Assembly (NCBI GenBank): GCA_031409335.1
Contig: JANNWY010000083.1
Span: forward strand, 1-64,000
Source of the DNA: Chthoniobacteraceae bacterium
GTDB taxonomy: Bacteria; Verrucomicrobiota; Verrucomicrobiia; Chthoniobacterales; Chthoniobacteraceae
Direction of reading: 5' to 3'
DNA: 64,000 nucleotides
Made by a program: the position numbers and the translations under genes. Shown here piece after piece: positions 9,325 through 20,909 of this stretch. The notes beneath the pieces were generated by a model. It worked only from the letters and a program-made list of their open reading frames with translations. It was not told the origin of the DNA and ran no database searches. The first letter of the stretch is position 1, and every line of letters begins with the position of its first letter.

Positions 9325-10293
9325 CTACGCCGCAAATGCCGTTAGAAACGCGCACTCGATGGCGAGTTGCTCCTGGACGCCGGGGTTTGCGAGATGGCCG
9401 CGAAGATTCTCGATCGCGATGGTGCGGCGCAGGCACTCGGCGGCGGTGAAACGCGTGGCGAGCGCCGCGGTGTCGGACCCGGCTTCGGCGAGATCGAGCG
9501 CGGGGGCGCCGTGCTGGTGGCGGAGGACATCGGCCCACCAGCCGTCGAGCACTTCGAGCAGCTCGGCGCGGACCTGCCGGTATTTGGCCTGGGTCAGCGC
9601 CTCGAAATGCTCTTCGCGATCAGCCAGCCACGCGCGGGCCTCGGTGGTGTTGCGGTAATGCTGCTCCTCTTTTTTGTAAGTGGCCGCGTCTTCGGCAGCG
9701 ATGGTTTCCTTCGCTTCGGCGAGCAGCTCGCTGAAGGCGCGGACAAGGCGGAAAGTCTCGGGGAGCGCGGGCTTTTCGGCGCGGGCGTGGTCTTGCAGCA
9801 CGGACAGCAACCGGCGCTGGAGCGGCGTGAGCTGGCGGGCCTGCGTGGATTTCAACTGCACCTCGATGCAGCGGCTGAGGACGGTTTCCGGGAGCTGCTC
9901 GGGCAGGGCGCTGAGGAGCAGCAGCAGCGAGTTGTTCGGCGGTTCCTCGAGCGTTTTGAGGAAGGCGTTCGCGGCCTGATCGACCAGCCGGTCGGCGTCG
10001 ATCAGGATGCCGATTTTCCGCGTGCCGGACATGGAGCGCAGGTGCAGCTCGCGCTCGAGATCGCGCACTTGTTCGATGACAATGCGGCGGGATTTTGATT
10101 CCGGCTGGATGAGATGCACGTCGCTCGCGGCGAATGGGTCGGCGCTCGGGCCGTGGAGCAGCGCGCAGAGATTGCGGGCGAGCTCGCGTTTCCCCGCGCC
10201 GGGGGCGCCGCTGATGAAATAGGCGTGCGCGAGCCGGTCTTGAGCGTGCGCGCGGTTTAGGAGGTCGCCAGCTTCAGCGGGTGTCAAAGGCAT
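9325..10293 (-). CDS. holB: DNA polymerase III delta' subunit
   Basis: RLAHAYFISGAPGAGK, IEQVRDL, AANAFLKTLEEPP, TVLSRC. Confidence 0.9.
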   Translation of the reverse strand: MPLTPAEAGDLLNRAHAQDRLAHAYFISGAPGAGKRELARNLCALLHGPSADPFAASDVHLIQPESKSRRIVIEQVRDLERELHLRSMSGTRKIGILIDADRLVDQAANAFLKTLEEPPNNSLLLLLSALPEQLPETVLSRCIEVQLKSTQARQLTPLQRRLLSVLQDHARAEKPALPETFRLVRAFSELLAEAKETIAAEDAATYKKEEQHYRNTTEARAWLADREEHFEALTQAKYRQVRAELLEVLDGWWADVLRHQHGAPALDLAEAGSDTAALATRFTAAECLRRTIAIENLRGHLANPGVQEQLAIECAFLTAFAA

Positions 10294-10356
10294 GGGCGGA
10301 GTAGAAAGGAGGGAGCCAACGGTGAGAAGCGAGAACTCGCGGTGGTCGCGTTCCCG

Positions 10357-10429
10357 TCCTGATCCTGATCCTCTGCCCACAAGCTGGGCTATTCTCGGAT
10401 CAAGATCAGGATCAGGATCACGAGCAGGA
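10357..10429. repeat. Palindromic element with hexamer-repeat arms
   Basis: TCCTGATCCTGATCCT ... GGATCAAGATCAGGATCAGGATCACGAGCAGGA. Confidence 0.7.
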
Positions 10430-10446
10430 TAACCAATCAGCCGCGG

Positions 10447-11334
10447 CTAGCGGGTGATCACCGTCGGCATTTCCGGGGCGGCGGACGCCCTGGATTTGCC
10501 TGGCTTCACCACCGGCACCGGCGCGGCATTTGCCACCGTGGAAGTATTCCGCATGAAACGCGCAGCGGCGGTGTTGTTCGAGCCGAGCCGCGCCCACGGT
10601 CCCGACGGCACATCGCGCGCTTCCACGAATTTCCAATCGACCACATCCATCGACCCCATGCCGAGGTAGTCGCGGACCGACGGCGAAACATCGAGGCCCG
10701 CTGCCTTGTTCAGATTGGGCTTGGGCAATTCATTTCCAAAAACGTATTCCCAGTGCGTCGTGGTGAAGGGACCGCAATCGCTCCATTGCGCGTAGCAGAC
10801 GCGACTGCCTTTTCGGACGGCGATCCAGCGATTGTGACAGACGCTTTTACCCTCGCGCTCGTAGGCCTGGGCGAACCATGGGATGACGGTGCGCGCCTCG
10901 GGCTTGTGCCGGCCGCCGGACACGTCGTTGTAAGGAAGGGCGAAATAGAACGGGTTTTCCTTCGGGATGAACGCCGCAGGCATGAAATCCCGGCGGGCGT
11001 TGGGGTCGGGATTGTCGTAGCCGCCGAAATTAATGGCCCAGTCGAGATCCCACGAGCTGGAGCGGTTGTGGACGGGGTTGTTCTGAGCCGCACTTTCGCC
11101 GGCCCAGAAGACGGTGGTGACGATGTTCATCTTCCACGGATACCGCCCGGAGATGCCGCGAAAGCTCGAAGTCGTGGGGACGAAAACCTTCGGTTCGATG
11201 GAGGAAAGGGCACTCTCGCGGAGCTTCCGCGCGAAGCGGTCAAAGTCCTCGCTGCTGGAGTGAACGCTGGTCTGGCCGCAAAGGGTTCCCGTCGATACGA
11301 GAATTCCCACGAGATAAGGGATGAGCCGGTTCAT
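10447..11334 (-). CDS. Secreted conserved hypothetical protein, probable double-psi beta-barrel (RlpA/barwin-like) domain
   Basis: Signal peptide; YFALPY, VCYAQWSDCGP and GLDVSPSVRDYLG resemble the DPBB 'DxGP' and 'lDlS' motifs. Confidence 0.6.
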   Translation of the reverse strand: MNRLIPYLVGILVSTGTLCGQTSVHSSSEDFDRFARKLRESALSSIEPKVFVPTTSSFRGISGRYPWKMNIVTTVFWAGESAAQNNPVHNRSSSWDLDWAINFGGYDNPDPNARRDFMPAAFIPKENPFYFALPYNDVSGGRHKPEARTVIPWFAQAYEREGKSVCHNRWIAVRKGSRVCYAQWSDCGPFTTTHWEYVFGNELPKPNLNKAAGLDVSPSVRDYLGMGSMDVVDWKFVEARDVPSGPWARLGSNNTAAARFMRNTSTVANAAPVPVVKPGKSRASAAPEMPTVITR

Positions 11335-11348
11335 TTTTAGGAATTCGC

Positions 11349-11363
11349 GCGCCTTATATGCCA
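11349..11363 (-). promoter_or_regulatory. Possible sigma54 -24/-12 promoter
   Basis: TGGCATATAAGGCGC keeps the GG-N10-GC spacing just upstream of the ATG at 11334; lacks the TT before GC. Confidence 0.3.
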
Positions 11364-11673
11364 GCAATTTGGGGGGGTAAAGCAGTTTTTGCTGCCCGGC
11401 GTGTCCGCAAATCCGCCGTTTCGCCGTAGCCCGGAGTCGCGGTCGGATGGCGGAAAAGCGCCGGAGCTTCGTTCCATCGGCAGGATTTTCCGCATTGTCC
11501 CCGGCTCATGGTGACTCCTTCTCGGATCGGGCGGCGGCGGTGCATGTGGCCCGTAGCAAAGCAGCGGGGATGCCACGCTTTCCCGGCATCGAATGCGACG
11601 GCTCCGCTAAATGCTTGGCGGGTTCGGAACTTTTACGCTTTATTCCCGCCCCCGCGAAAAGTGGGGACACCAA

Positions 11674-14619
<2,946 letters not shown>

Positions 14620-14660
14620 CAGCCGATCGCCTTCTCATACCACTCGCCCACTGAGCCACG

Positions 14661-17600
14661 CTATGGCACGCGGGCTTTGGCGATCGCTTCGGAGCCGTCG
14701 CTCAGGGTGGCGCGGTAGATGAGTTCGCCGTGGCTGTTGTAGCTGCGGGTTTGCGCGGGGGAGCCGGCCACATTTCCGAGCAGCGAGAGGGCGCGCACGG
14801 TGAGGTTCGTGCCGGGGAAGGTGTCACCTTCACGCGCGATGAGTCGGAGTGCGCCGTTGGAATCCACGGCCCATACGCCGGTGTCGTTGCTGGCGGTAAT
14901 CTTCGCGGGGTTTGGACGACCGGAAAGCGGGACGGCGAGATCGGCGAGGAAGACGGGGCCGCTCGATCCATCGGGCAGGGCGATGGAGCGGAAGGATTCC
15001 CATTTCGCGCCCGCGGCGACGCCAGCGGCTTGCACGCCTTCGCGGGCGATGAGGACTGGCGCGCCAGTGCCGGGCTCAGTCCCCGCTTGGCCGAGATACC
15101 AGAGGCCGTCATCGTTAAGCGAATTCACTCCACGCCCGAGCGCTTTTCCGATGAATGCGATGTTTTGCGCTTCATTCACGACGCCGATTTTGAAGCTGGT
15201 GAAAATGGCGTCTTCGATGTCGTCGATGATGTCCCCTTCGCGCACTGCGAAAGAACTGCTGGCTTCATCGGGCGTGAAAACGAGCGCGGAGTTGTTGGTC
15301 CGCGTGTTGAGTGACGCGACGGCGATTGTGTCGCCGAGGTTGTTTTGCGCGGGAACGCCGAAGCGGACGAGGCGCGCATCGGTTTCGGGGATCAAGTCCG
15401 CGGTGAGCGCGACATCGTAAATGACGCCGTCGCCGGAAGCCCGCACGAGGGCCTGGGTGGAATCGGTGAACTCGATCCGCGCGGCGATGCCCACGGGCAC
15501 TGATCCGCGCCCGTGACCGGCTGCTCCATCCATCGGCGGGAGGGCGACGATCGCTCTCACTCGCTTGGCTGCGCCGCCGCGCAACGCGAGATTCTGACCT
15601 TTGCGCAGCAGGAGGCGCGTCGAGGATTCGCCAGTGGCTGAAATCTCATGAGCGAAGAGCGCTTCATCGTTTGCCGGAACGACTCCGGTTCCGGCGAGCT
15701 TTGCGACAAAGGCGACATTCGTGCGTTCGACCGTTTCGTCATCGCGAACGAAATTCGAGCTGAGCGCGACTGAGGTGAACGACGCGTATCGCACGGAGAG
15801 ACCGGCAGCCACGTCGAGTTCGCGCGCCACCATGCGGAGCGCACCGCCGCCCGCGGTGCTCCAGATGCCGCGATCGTTCCGCGTATTGACCGATGAGGCT
15901 GCGGAGCCGAGGCCGCGGATCGTTCCGATAAAAGCGGTCGCGTCCGAATCATTCAGCAGCACATCGCCGAGGCTCACAAATGCGAGCTGGCTCTGCGGCG
16001 CACCGCTCGCGTTCGGGACGGCATCGCCCGCGCTGACGAGCACGGCGGTTTCGCCATTCACATCCGGGCCGAGGATCACCTGGCGCACGGTGGCTCCCGA
16101 GGAATAACTCGCGGTGAGTCCGAGATGGCCCGCGTTATTGATCGAAGGGATGCCAAGCACGCGCATCCTCGCATCGGCAGGCACTCCCGTCCCCGCGACA
16201 CCAGCCCCGGGAACGACTCCACCCTTGATCGCGACGACCTTCGTGGACGCTCCCGGCAGATACGGCGCTTCGGCGTCGATGATGACGCCAGTCGCGGGAG
16301 CCGAGGCGACGCCGGGATTTCCCACGGCATCCTGATACGAGACGGTGACGTTGTAAGTGCCATCCCGGATCGCAGCAGGCGCGCTTTGCACGGACGAAGA
16401 TTCACCGGGATTTGCGGGATCAAAGCTGAAGGTGTGTTCGCCCGCGCTTTCGCCATCGGAGGCGAGGATGAGTTCGCGCAAGGTCGCGCCGCTGACGAAT
16501 CGGACGACGACCGAGCCGGCGAGCGCATCCTCGGGCAGGACGTAGGAAATCGTCACAGGCTTCGTGGTGATGGTCCCGGTCACGGGCGCGATCAGCGTCG
16601 GAGCCTGCGTCACGTCCCCGTCAAATTCACCCGCGTTGATGAAGACCGAAATCTTTTCGTCCACCTGCGATGCGGAGGTGACATCCATCACGCCATCGCC
16701 ATCGAAATCCGCGGCTGCCACCGAAATGGGACCTTGCACGCCGGAGGAAACCAGCGCCTCGGCACCAAACGTCACGTCACCGTTTTCATCCACCCCATTG
16801 CTGGGAAACCAAATGATCCGATCATCCGTCAGAAGGGCGGCCACGATGTCGAGATTGCCGTCGCGATCTATGTCCGCCGCGATCACGGATTCCACCGCGC
16901 GCGCCTCAAACGAGACGATCACTTCCGGGCCAAAGGATGTCGTTGCAGCGGGTTGTTGGGAAACGTTTCTGAAATAGCTGATCTTGTTTCCCGCGGGTGC
17001 CGCGACGATCAAGTCGGGTGAGCGGTCCTTGTTCATATCCGCGATCGCCACGTTGTAGGCGTTTGGCAGATTCGTCGAAATCACCTCTCTGGTGAAAGTC
17101 GGCTCGCCACTTTCATCGAAGCCGCCCTTGAACCATGCAAGCGTGCTGCCATTCAAAGAAGTAACGGCGAGGTCGAAGATACTGTCGCCATCGAGGTCGG
17201 CCGATGCGACGCAGGTCGGCGCGATTCCCGCCGTGGAAATGACGTGCTGATTCGCGGTCGGATTTGCGGACGTATATCCGAAATTTCCGTCACCCAGATT
17301 TTTGTAATAGGCGATTTTGTTGTCGAACAAAGAGGCGGACACGACATCCCACAATCCGTCACCATTGACGTCCGCGACCGTCACCGAATACGCATAGTCC
17401 GCACTCCGGGAAATGACGCGCTGGTTCGCGGCAGGGCTGCCAAAGAGCGCGGTCGGTGACGCGCCGGTATTGCGATACCACGCGATTTTGTCATCCAGCG
17501 TGGAGGCCGAGACGAGGTCCATCCGGCCGTCCGCATCGATGTCCGCGGCGATGATGCAGTTCGGTCCCAGGGCCGCCGTGGAGATGACGATCGCTGGTGA

Positions 17601-17864
17601 GAACGTGCCGTTTCCCAGATTCCGATACCAAGAAATCTCGCTGTCGAAAATAGACGCCGCTGCCACATCCTGCCAGCCATCGCCGTCGAAATCCGCAGTG
17701 ATGACCGACGAGCCGAAAGGCTGACTGCTGGACAGGACGGTTTGATTTGGAAACGAGACATTTACAGGCGTCAATTCCGCGCGCGCCTCGATCGGAAGAC
17801 AAACGCCGCCTGCAAAGCAGGAGGCCGCGATGGCGAGAATGGGAAGGGCGCGAAAATGACGCAT
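14661..17864 (-). CDS. Secreted FG-GAP/VCBS-repeat protein with Ig-like linker and C-terminal NxxGxxAF-type repeat region
   Basis: Signal peptide; seven ADxDGDGxxD-like repeats with WYRN; C-terminal repeats INNAGHLGL, LNDSDATAF, NNLGDTIA, VNEAQNIAF, YNSHGELIY. Confidence 0.8.
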   Translation of the reverse strand: MRHFRALPILAIAASCFAGGVCLPIEARAELTPVNVSFPNQTVLSSSQPFGSSVITADFDGDGWQDVAAASIFDSEISWYRNLGNGTFSPAIVISTAALGPNCIIAADIDADGRMDLVSASTLDDKIAWYRNTGASPTALFGSPAANQRVISRSADYAYSVTVADVNGDGLWDVVSASLFDNKIAYYKNLGDGNFGYTSANPTANQHVISTAGIAPTCVASADLDGDSIFDLAVTSLNGSTLAWFKGGFDESGEPTFTREVISTNLPNAYNVAIADMNKDRSPDLIVAAPAGNKISYFRNVSQQPAATTSFGPEVIVSFEARAVESVIAADIDRDGNLDIVAALLTDDRIIWFPSNGVDENGDVTFGAEALVSSGVQGPISVAAADFDGDGVMDVTSASQVDEKISVFINAGEFDGDVTQAPTLIAPVTGTITTKPVTISYVLPEDALAGSVVVRFVSGATLRELILASDGESAGEHTFSFDPANPGESSSVQSAPAAIRDGTYNVTVSYQDAVGNPGVASAPATGVIIDAEAPYLPGASTKVVAIKGGVVPGAGVAGTGVPADARMRVLGIPSINNAGHLGLTASYSSGATVRQVILGPDVNGETAVLVSAGDAVPNASGAPQSQLAFVSLGDVLLNDSDATAFIGTIRGLGSAASSVNTRNDRGIWSTAGGGALRMVARELDVAAGLSVRYASFTSVALSSNFVRDDETVERTNVAFVAKLAGTGVVPANDEALFAHEISATGESSTRLLLRKGQNLALRGGAAKRVRAIVALPPMDGAAGHGRGSVPVGIAARIEFTDSTQALVRASGDGVIYDVALTADLIPETDARLVRFGVPAQNNLGDTIAVASLNTRTNNSALVFTPDEASSSFAVREGDIIDDIEDAIFTSFKIGVVNEAQNIAFIGKALGRGVNSLNDDGLWYLGQAGTEPGTGAPVLIAREGVQAAGVAAGAKWESFRSIALPDGSSGPVFLADLAVPLSGRPNPAKITASNDTGVWAVDSNGALRLIAREGDTFPGTNLTVRALSLLGNVAGSPAQTRSYNSHGELIYRATLSDGSEAIAKARVP

Positions 17865-18112
17865 GAAAGGAAATCGGAGGCTCCCGGAGGGCTGGGAATG
17901 CTCAGGTGAGATGATGGCAGACAAGATACCTTGGTGCAAATTTTTATCCCGGCGATTCAGTGTGCTGACGCAATGATTCACGAGGTGGTTGCCAGTTTTG
18001 CCGCCAAGGAAGCCGGAACGAAGGAGAGTCGGTTTTTGATTCACGGTGACTATAACCACCATAATTCATGCCGCGCATCGCTGGTCCGCGCATGAATAAT
18101 TTAACGCTGCAA

Positions 18113-19297
18113 TCAACCGGCCATTTGGAGCTTTGCAAAACCATCGCGCGCTTCGTCGTAGCAGCGCTCGAGAAATCGCGTCTGCCTATCGAGATCAAAC
18201 TGCTCCTGGACACGGGCACGCGCTGCAATGCTCATCGCGGCATAGCGAGCCGGATCACGAGCCAGCGTGCGCATCGCCCGCTCGATCGCGCCGTGGTCGC
18301 GCTCATCGACGAGCAGTCCGCTCACGCCACTTGCCACGGCTTCCGGGATTCCGCCGTGATTTGTCGCCACCACCGGCAGGCCAGCAGCCATCGCTTCGAG
18401 CATTGAGTTTGGGACGCCCTCCTGATCGCCACCGACCGTCAGTTCGCTGGGATGGAGAAACAGATGCGCCGTGGCAAAAGTCTCGCGCAATTTTTCCTGC
18501 GAAAGAAATCCGGCGAAGGAAACTTGCGCGGCGATCCCGAGTTTGGCGGCGAGCGCGCGGAGTTCTTCGAGTTGCGGGCCTTCGCCAGCGATCGTGAAAG
18601 TGGATTTCGGAAACTCGCGCGCAAATCCCGCGAACGCACGCAAACTGGTGGCGAGACCCTTCTTCGCGATCAAGCGGCACGCCTGCACGCACCGCCATGC
18701 GCCATCGGCTGGCACGACTCGCGCCGCGAACGGAATCTGCCCGAGCGGAACGCCCGCCCGATGCACGCGGATTTTCCCCGCGTCGCAACCCATCGCGACC
18801 AGCCGCCTCCCGATCGACTCCGAGCGCGCCAGCAGCAGTGCGCATTTCGCAAACATCCTCCGCGTCCGCGCCGGATCGTCCACGACTCCCGCATCGGCTC
18901 CGTGAAAACTCACGATCACCGGCAAGTCCGCGATCTCCAGCAGCGGCAGCAAATGCACGCCGATGTGGCCGAAATAAACATGGAGCACGCGCGCCCCCGC
19001 GCGATGCAACTCCGCGAGGGTCCGGCGCGCTTCCGAGCGGTAAATCGTGATCGGCTGCCCGCGGATTTGCTTTTGCCAGAAGCGCCGCAGCGGATGCGTG
19101 AGCGGCTTTGGCTTGAGCACGATGTCGGAGAAAGGAAACGCACTGGCGTTCTCGCGCTTCTGGCAAAAAACCACGGGCCGATACGCGCGGAGCGAGGTGA
19201 TCTGCCGATATACATGCAACATCTCGGGCTTCAGAAACGTGACAACATATTGCCCCACCACTGGCAGAGTTTCGGGAACGTCACTTGTCTGGATCAC
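18113..19297 (-). CDS. Glycosyltransferase family 4 (WcaL/AmsK-like)
   Basis: VSFHGAD, RLIAKKG, DQEGVPNSMLEAMAAGLPVVATNHGGIPE. Confidence 0.9.
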   Translation of the reverse strand: MIQTSDVPETLPVVGQYVVTFLKPEMLHVYRQITSLRAYRPVVFCQKRENASAFPFSDIVLKPKPLTHPLRRFWQKQIRGQPITIYRSEARRTLAELHRAGARVLHVYFGHIGVHLLPLLEIADLPVIVSFHGADAGVVDDPARTRRMFAKCALLLARSESIGRRLVAMGCDAGKIRVHRAGVPLGQIPFAARVVPADGAWRCVQACRLIAKKGLATSLRAFAGFAREFPKSTFTIAGEGPQLEELRALAAKLGIAAQVSFAGFLSQEKLRETFATAHLFLHPSELTVGGDQEGVPNSMLEAMAAGLPVVATNHGGIPEAVASGVSGLLVDERDHGAIERAMRTLARDPARYAAMSIAARARVQEQFDLDRQTRFLERCYDEARDGFAKLQMAG

Positions 19298-19321
19298 GCG
19301 TCATTCTATCTTGTGTCCGCC

Positions 19322-19591
19322 ATGCGCAGAGAAGTCGAAATTGTAAATGAACTCGGCCTCCACGCGAGGCCGGCCGCGGAATTTGTCCGCGCGGTTCACG
19401 ATTTTGAATGCGTTGTTTTCATCATCAAAGGCGACGCGCGATTCTCCGCCGGCAGCATCATGGAAGTGCTCACGGCGAACCTCGATTGCGGCACCCGCCT
19501 TACACTCGAAGCGACAGGCCGCGATGCGGAAAATGCGCTGAAACGACTGGCGGCGCTGCTCTTGGAATTCAAGGCGCAGGAGGAATCGTAA
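19322..19591 (+). CDS. ptsH: HPr family phosphocarrier protein
   Basis: NELGLHARPAA (active His) and SAGSIMEVL (regulatory Ser). Confidence 0.92.
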   Translation: MRREVEIVNELGLHARPAAEFVRAVHDFECVVFIIKGDARFSAGSIMEVLTANLDCGTRLTLEATGRDAENALKRLAALLLEFKAQEES

Positions 19592-19593
19592 CG

Positions 19594-20487
19594 TTATCCA
19601 AACGACGCGCGCGCCGCTTCCGCATCGCGGGCGATCTGCGCGCGAAGCGCTTCGAGCGAGGGGAATTTTTTTTCGGGGCGGAGAAAATGGCGGAAGACGA
19701 TTTCGAGATCCGCGCCGTAGAGCGCATCGTCGAAATCGAATATGTGAACTTCCAGCAACCGCTCGCCACCAGCCTCGGCAACCGTCGGGCGCACGCCAAT
19801 GTTCGCGACACCATGGCGAGGCGCATCGCCGTTGCGCAGGACTTCGACGGCATACACGCCGTCGGGCGGAAATTGCTCGTTGTGCGCGCGGAGATTTGCC
19901 GTCGGGAATCCGATCGTGCGACCGAGCCGCCGGCCTTCGACAACCGTGCCGAGAATCGCGTACTCGCGACCGAGCAGCCGGGCCGCGGTCGCCAGGTCGC
20001 CGGTTTCCACTGCACTCCGAATCAGCGTGCTGCTCACGATCTGACCATCCACTTCCACCGCGTGGATTCCGACTTCGTCGAAACCAAGTTCCCCACCGAG
20101 TCGCGCCAGCATTTCCAAATTCCCCGCGCGCCCTTTTCCAAACGACCACTGATGCCCCACGCAAATCTCGCGCAGCGGCTTCCCCGCGGCAGCGAGCTGG
20201 CGGATGAAGTCATCCGGCGGCGTCGCGGCGAATGCGAGATCGAACGGGATCACGAGCAAATGCCGCACGCCCAGCGCGCGGATCAGCCGCACCTTATGCG
20301 CGGTCGAGGTCAGCAAACGCGGCGCTTTCTCCGGTCGCAGCACGCGGATTGGGTGCGGGTCGAAAGTGACGACGATTGCCGTCCCATTCGCCATCCGCGC
20401 ATCCGAGATCGCCCGCTCGATTACCGCCCGATGCCCCAAATGCACCCCATCGAAAACGCCGATCGCCAGAAACGCTGGTCCCGGCAC
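19594..20487 (-). CDS. ribF: Bifunctional riboflavin kinase/FAD synthetase
   Basis: IGVFDGVHLGH, VSSTLIR, GRTIGFPTAN, NIGVRPT, LEVHIFDF, LRPEKKF. Confidence 0.95.
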   Translation of the reverse strand: MPGPAFLAIGVFDGVHLGHRAVIERAISDARMANGTAIVVTFDPHPIRVLRPEKAPRLLTSTAHKVRLIRALGVRHLLVIPFDLAFAATPPDDFIRQLAAAGKPLREICVGHQWSFGKGRAGNLEMLARLGGELGFDEVGIHAVEVDGQIVSSTLIRSAVETGDLATAARLLGREYAILGTVVEGRRLGRTIGFPTANLRAHNEQFPPDGVYAVEVLRNGDAPRHGVANIGVRPTVAEAGGERLLEVHIFDFDDALYGADLEIVFRHFLRPEKKFPSLEALRAQIARDAEAARASFG

Positions 20488-20620
20488 GCTGGAGAGATCG
20501 GAAATGGAGCGAAGCGGAGACGAGGCAGCGATAAGTGCCCGACATCATGCCGGACATTCGCGCCGGCTGCTAGCGATTTGCGCCCGCGCCCGGCAGGAAG
20601 CGCGGCACGGCAACGCCGAA

Positions 20621-20703
20621 GGCTCTGGACCTGCTGCGATTCGTCCGCAGCTTTCCTGAGAGCGCATTGGAGAGCGGTGAAGGATCGCCACAGTCCAAAG
20701 GCC
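20621..20703. repeat. Degenerate REP-doublet (REPIN-like) palindrome
   Basis: CTCTGGACCTGCTGCGATTCGTCCGCAGCTTTC is an imperfect inverted copy of GAGAGCGGTGAAGGATCGCCACAGTCCAAAG. Confidence 0.5.
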
Positions 20704-20750
20704 CGACCCATCATCGCACGGCTGACAGGGCGTCCACGTCACGTTTTGCC

Positions 20751-20807
20751 CTCGTTCCCGCGTTGCACATGGGAATCGTGCGCTCCCAAATGGAACTTCG
20801 GAGCGAG
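20751..20807. repeat. Degenerate CTCGTTCCC-type REP palindrome
   Basis: CTCGTTCCCGCGTTGCACATGGGAA ... CGCTCCCAAATGGAACTTCGGAGCGAG. Confidence 0.45.
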
Positions 20808-20909
20808 ACAAAAGAGGCAAAAATCGATCGTCGGCGTTTTGGCAGAGAGGTGTCGTGCCGGGCCTTGACCTCCCGCGCTGCCCGCGTGACGCTCGTGTCT
20901 GCCGCACAC

